Shown here one piece after another: positions 37,596 to 48,566 of a stretch of 64,000 nucleotides of DNA; position 1 is the first letter of the stretch; each line of letters opens with the position of its first letter. The stretch lies in the NCBI GenBank assembly GCA_951406725.2, contig OX597826.1:29698001-29762000 (forward strand). Direction: 5' to 3'. Below the pieces are notes generated by a model. The model saw only the letters and a list, made by a program, of their open reading frames with translations, did not search any database and was not told the origin of the DNA. Both the position numbers and the translations under genes were made by a program. This DNA is from Octopus vulgaris. Taxonomy: Eukaryota.

Positions 37596-39376
37596 CGGCG
37601 GAAATCTATTTGCGTGTTGTTATCTGTGATTAGACGTTGAAATTTTGTTGTGTAAAGTGATTAATATCGCGCGAGGCGTTTGCCTCCACGTGTGGCAACC
37701 TTCCGAAGAAGGTGAATTGACCCTCTAGTCATGGCGACTTACGCGGGGGTCACGGGAAAGAAAAATAATGATTCGTCGATAATCGTGAAGGATGTTTTCT
37801 TTGAGAAAAGTAAACTCAAAGAATATGAAAAACTATTCAAAAGGGAGGGTGATAGCGTGAAGCTAATCCCCCCGCGAAAGCAAAAGAGGACAAAGAAAAC
37901 AAGACTGTAACATATAGAACCCAAGACAAAAATACAAAGAAACTGGCAAGAGTGGAGATAGCCGAAATCGAAAAATGTCTGGGAGACATAATGGGGAAAT
38001 CGACCTACGTGAGTAGAGGCAAGAAATTTGGTACGGTGGAGGTGAGATGTGCAACGGAAGAAATTGCAGCCTCACTGGCTACCACTGTACTAAGAGCGGA
38101 AACATTTATAATGTGGCCCTCATACAAGGGAAGAAGAGGGGTCCGGGTTAAAATCCCGAATATACCCCCAGAAGTAAAAACAGAATGGCTGGCAACAGCT
38201 ATTCTAGGAGCAGCAGAAGAGGAAGTGGAGGTGGAATCCTTTAAGGAGTCCAACGCAGATAAACTGGAGAGGATATGGGGTAGAACTGTGTTTGATGGCC
38301 ACAAAAGAGGACATTGAAAGGTTCCCCTACAGAATAGAAATTGAAGATGAGAAAACCCTCAGTGTAATTGTAGAGGGAAGAAAGCCAAACTGCTACTTGT
38401 GCGGGACAAGGGGGCACATTAAAAAAGAGTGCCCGTTATACGAATTCGTAGCGGAGTGCGAGCAGGAACTCGAAAAGAAGAATACGGTAAATGAAAAAGA
38501 AAACATAGAAAAGGAAACAAAACAACAAGAGAAAGGAAATAATAAGTCAATGAAGGAAAAAGAAATAAAAGAAAAGAAAGAAATAGAACCAAAACAGAGT
38601 CAGGAAAAGAAAAAGGAAAAAGAAACAACAGGAAAAAAACAAGAGAGAGATCAGAACCAAACGAAAAGAAAAGACGGCACACAAAAAGAAAAAGAAAAGG
38701 AACATAAAACACGAGAGAAAGAGAGAACAGACAAAGAACCAAAAAGACAAGAGAAGGAAGGAGAAAGAAAAGAAGGCAAAAAGAGAGAAAGAGAGAAACA
38801 AAGAGAGGAGAACAAGGAAGAAATAAGCCCGAAAAGAAAAACGAGGAAAACGTAGGACGGAAACAAGATCACGGCTTCTACAAGTTAGTAACCTTCCATT
38901 TCTGCCCTGAAATGAAAGAATTGACAAGTAGTACGGAGGGACATATATGGGTCAACAGGATGACCGATCAGTGGCAGGAGACTGCTCTAATCCCCGAAGA
39001 AAGAGTCGCTGAGTTCCTCAGAGCTGCCGGAGAGAGTGTAACGTTTTACACGAGTGTTCGAGTGAGAGAGCGGCTGCCTGAGGGCTCAGTGATTGACTTT
39101 AGAGAATTGAAAACTATTATGGAATACGTATAGAATTGTGAAAAGAGAGAGAAGAAAGAAGAGAAAAAAGAAAATATTGTGAACTATATGTGACGAAAAT
39201 GTAACCTCTCGATTCCGGGGATCGAGTGGGCATTTACATCTCATTGTAAATATTCTTTCATATGTCATTTTTTACTTTTATTTTTTCCTTTTCTTGTCAT
39301 TTGCTTTCTTATTTTAAGTTCCCCGATTGTATTGTCTCCTCTATGTTCGCCCCTTGTGGGTAATAATAAAATCACA
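37596..39376 (+). mobile_element. ORF1-only element S4 (ORF1 37731-39133, frameshifted)
   Basis: Homologous, with a variant 3' portion. Confidence 0.9.
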
Positions 39377-41139
39377 CGTCGGAAATCTATTTGCGTGTTG
39401 TTATCTGTGACTAGACAGTGAAATTTTGTTGTGTAAATTGATTATTATCGCGCGAGGCGTTTGCCTCCACGTGTGGAAACCTTCCGAAGAAGGTGAATTG
39501 ACCCTCTAGTCATGGCGACTTACGCGGGGGTCACGGGAAAGAAAAATAATGATTCGTCGATAATCGTGAAGGATGTTTTCTTTGAGAAGAGTAAACTCAA
39601 AGAATATGAAAAGCTATTCAAAAGGGTGGGTGATAGCGTGAAGCAAAAGAGGACAAAGAAAACAAGACTGTAACATATAGAACACAAGACAAAAATACAA
39701 AGAAACTGGCAAGAGTGGAGATAGCAGAAATCGAAAAATGTCTGGGAGACATAATGGGGAAATCGACCTACGTGAGTAGAGGCAAAAATTTGGTACGGTG
39801 GAGGTGAGATGTGCAACGGAAGAAATTGCAGCCTCACTGGCTACCACTGTACTAAGAGCGGAAACATTTATAATGTGGCCCTCATACAAGGGAAGAAGAG
39901 GGGTCCGGGTTAAAATCCCGAATATACCCCCAGAAGTAAAAACAGAATGGCTGGCAACAGCTATTCTAGGAGCAGCAGAAGAGGAAGTGGAGGTGGAATC
40001 CTTTAAGGAGTCCAACGCGATAAACTGGAGAGGATATGGGGTAGAACTGTGTTTGATGGCCACAAAAGAGGACATTGAAAGGTTCCCCTACAGAATAGAA
40101 ATTGAAGATGAGAAAACCCTCAGTGTAATTGTAGAGGGAAGAAAGCCAAACTGCTACTTGTGCGGGACAAGGGGGCACATTAAAAAAGAGTGCCCGTTAT
40201 ACGAATTCGTAGCGGAGTGCGAGCAGGAACTCGAAGAAAAGAAGAATACGGTAAATGAAAAAGAAAACATAGAAAAGGAAACAAAACAACAAGAGAAAGG
40301 AAATAATAAGTCAATGAAGGAAAAAGAAATAAAAGAAAAGAAAGAAATAGAACCAAAACAGAGTCAGGAAAAAAAAAGGAAAAAGAAACAACAGGAAAAA
40401 AACAAGAGAGAGATCAGAATCAAACGAAAAGAAAAGACGGCACACAAAAAGAAAAAGAAAAGGAACATAAAACACGAGAGAAAGAGAGAACAGACAAAGA
40501 ACCAAAAAGACAAGAGAAGGAAGGAGAAAGAAAAGAAGGCAAAAAGAGAGAAAGAGAGAAACAAAGAGAGGAGAACAAGGAAGAAATAAGCCCGAAAAGA
40601 AAAATGAAGGAAAACGTAGGACGGAAACAAGATTACTGCTTCTACAAGTTAGTAACCTTCCATTTCTGCCCTGAAATGAAGGATTTGACAAGTAATACGG
40701 AGGGACATGTGTGGGTCAACAGGATGACCGATCAGTGGCAGGAGACTGCTCTAATCCCCGAAGAAAGAGTCGCTGAGTTCCTCAGAGCTGCCGGTGAGAG
40801 TGTAACATTTTACACGAGTGTTCGAGTGAGAGAGCGGCTGCCTGAGGGCTCAGTGATAGACTTTAGAGAATTGAAAACTATCATGGAATATGTATAGAAT
40901 TGTGAGAAGAGAGAGAAGAAAGAAGAGAAAAAGAAAATATTGTGAAATATATGTGACGAAAATGTAACCTCTCGATTCCGGGGATCGAGTGGGCATTTAC
41001 ATCTCATTGTAAATATTCTTTCATATGTCATTTTTTACTTTTATTTTTTCCTTTTCTTGTCATTCGCTTTCTTATTTTAAGTTCCCCGATTGTATTGTCC
41101 CCTCTATGTTCGCCCCTTGTGGGTAATAATAAAATCACA
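39377..41139 (+). mobile_element. ORF1-only element S5 (ORF1 39512-40897, frameshifted, 18-nt deletion)
   Basis: Homologous. Lacks taatccccccgcgaaagc. Confidence 0.9.
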
Positions 41140-41363
41140 CGTCGGAAATCAATTTTTTGCGTTTATTAGTAAGTTGATATATTTTTGCTCTCGTACTATT
41201 ATCTCTGTTATTATATACTGTTGGTCTACCTGTTTTGTCTATTGTTGTCTAACTGACGAAGTCAGCCTTCGCGCGAGACTTCGCGTTGGTGTTCCCCCCT
41301 CCGTGGGGGAAAACTACAATTAATTTGGATTTACCAAAGGCTTGTTAAAGCCATTTGTTCAAG

Positions 41364-42741
41364 ATGGAGTCCCCCATCTCTTATTCGCCCGTGACGAGCG
41401 AGGATGAATACCCGGCGTTGTCGCCAAGAAAAAAGAGGCGTTGTCGCCAAGAAAAAAAGAGGCGTTGTCGCCGAAGAAAAAAGAGGCGGCGTCGCCCAAG
41501 AAAATGGAAAAACCAGTACCAGCATCAACTCCAGCGAAAAAATTCGCTGAAGTGGCTGGGAAAAAGATTAAAAAAATAAATATAGAAAATTTGGAAAAAT
41601 TTGCAGACTGTGTAAAAAAAGAGGGCACAGAAGTGACTGTGGCCACAAACATACAAAAACATGACGATATAGAAAAAAAAAGAATAATATATAAAACTTA
41701 CGACACAACGACAAAAATGATCCAAAAAATCGAAGAAAAAAAAATAGAGTTTTGTCTAAAACCTTTTATGGATAAAATAACGTATATAAACAGAGGAAAA
41801 AGATACGGCACAGTGGAGGTGCGTTTTACTACGGAGGAGATAGCGAAAAAACTATCGATGGAGCCGATCAAAACAGAAAACATTGTCTTACTACCATTGT
41901 ATAAAGGAAAAAGGACGTCGAAAATTTCAATGAACAACATACCGCCAGAGGCAGATGCAGAATGTCTGGTGGCAGCAGTGATGGTAGGCCTGGAGGAAAA
42001 AATAAACATCCTCCAGGCCACAGTGGAGGAAGAGGAGTTTTGGAAAGGGCAGAAAATAGTGATAGCCATTCAGGCGGAGGTGCAAACACTGGAAGAAATT
42101 CCAGAAACGGTAAAGATTAGTGAAGACGAGAAAATAACAGTTTTCGTGGAGGGCAGGAAGCCGAGGTGCTTCGGCTGCGGCAAGAAGGGTCATGTAAGGG
42201 CGGAATGCCAACCCCAACCCAAACCGCAGGAAGCACCTAAGCCAAGAGAAAAAGAAGATAATGTGTCACCAGAAGCAGCGTCGGACGGCCCAGAAGGGAA
42301 GACTGAAGGTGTGGAGGTGACGGTGACAGCAGAACCAGCGGCGGAGGAAAAAAAGAGCGAGGAAAAGATAAATGAGGAGGGGTGGGCAAAAATTACCGGA
42401 AAAAAAAAAGAAAAACGGAAACCACCCCTCCCAGAGTAATTTTAAAAAAGAAAAGAGAGTCAATGAACTCGTATATGGCCGTAAAGGCAGCAAATAGCAG
42501 ACTCGGAAACGTGTTGGCAGCCATGGCCAAAGTGGAGAAAGTAGTGAAAAAAAACGACTTTGTAATTTACAGAATAGGCCGGAAGGATTACGGGCGGATA
42601 AAGTCAGAATTCTTCCATGACGTAGGCCCACTTAGATTGGATGTGACATCTCCACATATATTCGAGGGCCTACGTCAGACTCCCCCACGAGGCCCAGAAA
42701 AAGAGTTAGAAGAACAAGAGAAAACCGAACCACTGATATAA
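41364..42741 (+). CDS. L-b ORF1; frameshifted in A-runs
   Basis: MESPISYSP start, 332-aa ORF 41441-42439 and C-terminal ORF 42382-42741. Confidence 0.82.
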
Positions 42742-42750
42742 AGGTAAGTA

Positions 42751-45700
42751 ATGGATTACATTTATGTTGGTTGTTTGAATGTGCGCGGCCTGGGAGCAGG
42801 CTGGAAGCAAGGTCGCTTCCTGCATGATATCAGGTCGCGTAATTTAGATGTTATTGTTGCTACAGAAACCCGGTTAGAGGGGCCAAGAGGTCTACTCCCG
42901 CTGTTTGACGGCTACGAGAGTTTTTTCTCTCCTGGCAGTCCTACAGGCGGGAGTGGGGTGTTGGTCCTATTAAAAAGAAACCGGGTTTCTGAGAAAAAGT
43001 TAATTTTTGCAGATCCAGAAGGTAGGCTGGTCGTCATGGATTTGACGTTCAGTAATGGTAAAGTTATCAGACTGGTTGCAATTTACGCACCCAACCATAC
43101 AGGGCAAAGTGATTATTTTCGTGAACTAGAAAACTTTCTTGGTACTTCGCATTCATTAGTGGTGCTAGGAGACTTTAATACAATTTGCAAAGCGGATGTA
43201 GATTGTGTTGGCTCGCGTCCAGATAGAAAAGGCAACAGTGGCTTCATGGAACTGCTAAGCCGCTTTGAGCTAGCAGATCCTTATAGGCTGGAATTTCCGA
43301 ACGCTCCATTGTGGACATGGTCAAACAGCGACGGATCTTCCAGGTCATATTTAGATAAAATACTAATTAGAAAAGTAGACAGTAAAATAGCTAAGTGTCC
43401 ACAGTTTTACCCGATCAGCTACAGTGATCATAAAATGGTCACTTGTAAGCTTGACATAGATAAGGTTAAAAATAGAGGATCCGGTTACTGGAAACTTAAT
43501 ACGTCCCTTTTGGCGATTAAGGAGTACAAAGACCGGATTAGGAATATAATTCAGAGGGCACTATCTGGTACCATCATTAATAACAAATGGTGGTACGCCC
43601 TCAAACGAGCCATCAAGTTTGAGTCTATTAGATATAGCATAGGAGTAGTGGCTAGAGAGGCTAGAAGGGAAACTACTCTAGTTAAGGAATTAGAGGAAGC
43701 CATGAAAACTGGCTCTGCGGCTCAGGTGGCGTCCAAGAGACTGGTGTTAAACCAGCACCTCGAGGCCAAACACATGGGCTGCATTGTCAGGGCTAGAATC
43801 CGTCATATGGGATGTGAAGGAATCAACGCCGTGAGATGGGCCCGAGTGGTGGAAGCTCAGCATGGTAACGATGCCACGATTCGATCTTTGACGAACCAAC
43901 AAGGTGAGTTGATAAACGAACCCGAGGAGATGTGTGAGGCCTTTCAGGAGCACTTCGCTCAGCTTTTCGGTGAGTGCGGCGGACTGGATAGGAGGAGGGC
44001 CTTTACGGACCTACTCGACGGGCTGCCGCGCTTATCGGGGCGAGATGCGGAGGGCTGTGAAGGGCCAATCACGCCTGAGGAGGTGGTTGAGGCAATGGCG
44101 GACTGCGGCGCGGGCAAGGCGCCGGGTTTGGATGGTCTACCCTATGAGTTATATAAGAGTATGCCAGACTTGTTCGGGCACCTACTGGCGGAGGTCTATG
44201 CGAACTGGCAGCAGAACGGGCTTATACCCAGATCTGTGCGCCGGGGAGTAGTGACTCTCGTCAGAAAGGACCCGAGCAAGGGGAGTGCATTGATAATTTC
44301 AGGCCCATCACTCTGCTAAACACAGAGTTGAAGATTTTGGCCAAAGTGTTATCGAAAAGATTGGCGCGTGTCGCGGATGGTCTGATCGGAGAGGCACAGA
44401 CATGTGCCGTTCCGGGCAGATCCATTCAGGATAATCTCCATCTAATGCGGTACACTATAGAGGGGTTTAATAGTGATTCTGGCAAGGGTGGGGCACTGGT
44501 CCATTTAGACCAATCTAAAGCTTTTGATAGGGTCGACCATCGTTACCTGGTATCTGCCCTGGCACAGTTCGGGCTGAGCCTTGGCTTCCTCAGGTGGATT
44601 ATCCAAATTTATGATAACATCGACTCGGTAGTTCGGGTGAACGGCTTCTTGTCGAAGCCGTTCAAAATCAAACGCTCGGTTCGTCAAGGGTGTCCGCTCT
44701 CCCCGCTTTTGTACGTGATGGCTCTTGAGCCATTACTGCGAAAACTGAGCGGCATCCCGAGACAGCCAGGTAATGGAAAATCAGTGTCAGCGTACGCGGA
44801 TGACATCACCATCATCGTAACCGAAATGGACCACCTATGTAAAGTAGGCAAGGCCATAGAGGTTTACGAGACGGTGACAGGAGCAAAAGTTAATCGCGAA
44901 AAGTCAGTCGGCTTGCAACTCGGCACCTGGAGAGGCAAGTCGATGCCTCCTGACAGCGTCGTGGGACGTTGGACGGAGGGTCCGATTAAACTGCTAGGGG
45001 TCTGGTTCGGTCCAGACCTCCAAATAGAGAAGAATTGGGGCGAGGTAACGAGCAAGGTGGCTGCAGTAGCCAAGACCTGGTCTTGGCGGTGGCTATCCCT
45101 GAAAGGGAGGGCGGAGGTGGCCAATGTGTTTATCGCATCGGTTATCACCTACCGCCTTTCCGTCGTTCCTTGCCCTGATTCGTGGTTGATCAAGTTGGAA
45201 AGACAGCTCTTCTACTTCTTGTGGAAGGGCGGGAAACCACTTGTGAAACGCTCTACTTGCTGTCAACAACCGTTAAAGGGTGGGCTAGGGATGCCTTGGC
45301 TGATGATGCGCAGACATGCGCTGAGGTTAAGACATCTGTGGCTCTACCTGGATGGTGAACGGGTGTGGTCTTCGCTAGCAAAACTGATGTTTCCCAAGTT
45401 CACTAGTTTCGGTGGATGGGAAACCTGGCTGAATCGTAGATCGAAACTTGGTACTTGGTACACGGAGTGTCGCAAGGCTCTCCTGCTATTCCGTCGCTCG
45501 GGCAACGCCTGCGGTGGGGGTTCCACCACATTCTTCTATAGAGGGTTGGTAGAGGCGGAATGTGAAGATACCTTGGGGGAAACCCTAGGTCTCGACGATA
45601 ATCAGCTGGCCAGTCTGTTCCGACGTACGTTCAAGCCGAGGACACTGGACAACTTCCAGAAGTCTCTGGCATGGCAATGCTACAGAGGAGCTCTACCTGT

Positions 45701-46143
45701 TCGGGATAAACTCGCAAGGCACGGTGGCCAAGACAGTCCGATATGTCCAAGATGGGGGGGATAGGGAAACCGTCCCGCACGCTATTGTTCATTGTCCGGA
45801 CGTGTCTGAGGTGTGGGTTTATGCCGAACAGCTGTTGTCAGGTACACGAAGAGTACAGCTGTCGACTGAGTCAATTACAAAAATTGACCCACCGGATTTC
45901 CTCGTGAATGAAGGTAAGTTTCGTTTTCTCGTTGTAGTAGCAATTGCGAAAGAGGTGATATGGAAGACGAGAATGAAAGGTTTACAGTCAGGCAAGTTCA
46001 TCTCCGGCCCTGGTTTGATGAATTATTTCATCTTTCACCTGAAAAGGAAGATAGGGCTGGAGAGAATATGCCTGACTAGGAGAGTGTATGAAGAACGATG
46101 GAAGGATGTAGCACGAAAGTTGCGAGTGAAAGATACAACATAA
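42751..46143 (+). CDS. L-b ORF2 (EN-RT-CCHC), split by two frameshifts in G-runs
   Basis: ORFs 42751-44319, 44328-45764 and 45724-46143 are almost identical to L-a ORF2. Confidence 0.9.
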
Positions 46144-46390
46144 ATGTAATACCAAGCGCAACCAAAAGTATCAGTGGGGAGGCGGGGCTCGTGGGGTCCG
46201 AGCTAAACCCGCACCCACTCCACCCGTAATGTCTTCCGGTCTGTCCCATCATTCGATTTCTGTCCATTTATTGTAATTCATGAAAATTTTTAAATTCGAT
46301 TTATTGTAAAAACCCATTCGTGTGTCTGACCCCATCATCAGATTGTATTGTCCCATCTATGTAGCCCCTAGTGGGTAATAATAAAACAAC

Positions 46391-46690
46391 ATGGAGGAAA
46401 GCACCTTCGAAAAGTGTCTTGGTGCGACTATCAGAGGCGGTAAATTCGCCACAATAGAAGCAAGGTTCGAGTCAACGGAGCGTGCAAGGGAGTACTCGAT
46501 TCGAACTTGCAAAGTGGAAATATTTTATTTTTACCTTTATATCTGGGACGTAGGATGTCCCGGAAAAAAATTTTAAATGCCCCCCCCCAGAAGTAGAGGT
46601 AGGCTGGATTGTAGCCACACTTCTATACAAGAGGGAGGACAAGATACAATTGATCGAAATTACAAGAGATGGGCTAACGATTCCAGTCTG
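46391..46690 (+). pseudogene. Right half of the old ORF1 relic
   Basis: MEESTFEKCLG..RGGKFATIEARF..LPLYLGRR..NAPPEVEVGWIVATLL aligns to S and L ORF1. Confidence 0.75.
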
Positions 46691-47275
46691 TTATATATTT
46701 TGAGTATTGTTATCACTAGTGATATCAAGATATAACTTTGTATTTTGTATTTTATGTGTAGATGTATATATATAGATGTACACACATATATATACACATA
46801 TATACATGCACTAGCACTATGACCCGGCAACGACGGGTCTTTAATGCTAGTATATATATATATATATATATGAGAATGTGCATATGTACATGGGGTGGGT
46901 ATAGTTGGGCGGTTAAGAAACTCGGTTTGCAAACGTGTGGTTTTAGGATCAGGCCTCTGTGTAGCACCTTGGGCAAGAGTCTCCTACTGTAGCCCCGGGT
47001 TGACCAGTGTCTTGAGAGTGAATTGGTGGAGGAAAACTGTATGGAAACCTGTTGTGTGTGTGTGTATGTATGTGTGTATTTATGTGTGTGTGTGAGCGTA
47101 TTTGTGTGTGTGTATTTATGTGTGTGTGTGTGCGCATGCGCGTGAGTGTATATATGTGCGAGTGTGCGCGTGGTGTATATGTGTGCGTGTGTCTTTTTTT
47201 CACCGATTGACAAGTGGTGTTGGTTTGTTTACGTCTCCGTAACTTATAAGTTCAACAATGGAAAGCGATAGAATA

Positions 47276-48566
47276 CGAGGGGCGTTCAATAAGTAATGCC
47301 CCTGACCCACTTCCCATAGCAGTAGAGCAACGAAATTTGGCACAGTTATTAGTCTTTTTCTACATAGGAACCACCCAGAGTTACGCATTTCTCCCATCGT
47401 TTGATGCGGCTCTGGAGACCGTTTTTGTAGAAGAACCCAGCTTGGTCCTCCAACCTCAACGTGACTTCAGAAATCAAGGCTGCATCATCTGGGAAACGCT
47501 TTCCTTTCAAAAACAACTTCATGATTGGGAAGAGGTGAAAATCAGAGGGTGCAAGGTCAGGAAAGTAGGGGGGATGGGGAGGAGTTCATAGCCATACGCC
47601 TGTGCTTCTGATCTGGCGACAAGCGAGTTGTGGACCGGAGCGTTGTCCTGCAGGAGGAGGATGCCTTTGCTGATCTTGCCCCGCCTCTTGATTTTGATAA
47701 CTTCTCTTAATTTCCTCAAAAGTGAAGCATAATAGGCTCCTGCAATTGTGGTACCCTTTGCCAGGAAATCTGTCATCACTACTCCGTCCTGGTCCCAGAA
47801 GACTGTGAGCATGACCTTGCCAGCGGAGGGCTGCACCCTTGCCTTCTTTGGAGGGGGTGAGTCACGGTGCTTCCACTGCATTGACTGGGATTTGGTCTCT
47901 GGATCATCGTGATGGACCCAGGTTTCATCCTGTGTAATCAGTCTTTTGAAAAAGTTTGACTCATCTTCTTGGCACATCTCCAAATTCACCCTCGAGCACT
48001 CGACGCGTTCTTGCTTCTGGAAAGGCGTGAGTAACCTGGGAATCCATCTGGCAGACATCTTTTGCATATGCAAATGGTCATGAATGATAGTTTCCACAGA
48101 CCCGGTACTAATCTTGACCTCATGGGCTATTTGGCGAATAATTATGCGTCGATCTTCCAAAATGGCAGCCTCAACTTGATGGACAGATGCCTCATCAATG
48201 GCAGAAGGGGGCGACCAGATCTGGGAGCTGTTTCCACAGAGTTCCGACCATGTTTGAATTCACGATGCCAGTGTTTTACAAGGTCATTTGATGGGGCATC
48301 ATCACCATAAGTTACTTTCATTTCATCAAAAGTCTCCCGTGGTGTGCGTCTTTTCAAATACAAAAACCGGATCACTGCTCGACACTCAACAGGCTCCATT
48401 TCACACTTGACTCGGTTCAAACACCTGTAAATCAGAAACCACAATTAATTCAGAGCTGTAATTTGCCATTTAATCTATAGAGATATAAATGATTGCACAT
48501 GCAAAATTTCAGCTAGATCAAACAACTGCAAGTGGGTCAGAGGCATTACTTATTGAACGTCCCTCG
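47276..48566 (-). mobile_element. Full-length 1291-bp mariner with ~37-bp TIRs and TA duplication
   Basis: TIRs cgaggggcgttcaataagtaatgcccctgacccactt / aagtgggtcagaggcattacttattgaacgtccctcg. TA at 47274-75 and 48567-68. Confidence 0.93.
47349..48399 (-). pseudogene. Mariner transposase, frameshifted
   Basis: MEPVECRAVIRF start, WIPRLL, QDETW, QDNAP and PYFPDLAPSDF. Confidence 0.88.

Larger units (their letters stand above)
26981..46391 (+). repeat. Head-to-tail array of seven non-LTR retroelements (S-S-L-S-S-S-L)
   Basis: The junction motif cg(g/t)cggaaatc starts at 26981, 28762, 30540, 35820, 37596, 39377 and 41140. At the six internal junctions it is preceded by the shared 3' tail. Confidence 0.95.
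41140..46391 (+). mobile_element. Full-length L1/Tx1-clade LINE L-b
   Basis: Second copy of L-a with a divergent ORF1 middle and two ORF2 frameshifts. Confidence 0.93.

Noticed and set aside
27248-42631. Minus-strand F/L/S-rich ORFs across the array
   Set aside because: They are antisense shadows of the A-rich ORF1 sequences and recur only because the units are repeated.
26981-46391. Reading the array as LTR retrotransposons (gag-like knuckle, S units as LTRs) or as a CRISPR-like array
   Set aside because: There is no protease, integrase or PBS. ORF2 has an APE endonuclease and non-LTR RT. S units are coding and do not flank L-b on the right. The context is eukaryotic with no cas genes.
26981-46391. 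True telomeric HeT-A/TART-type array
   Set aside because: The array is interstitial, with matching relic halves on both sides and no telomeric repeats. Only the architecture is analogous.
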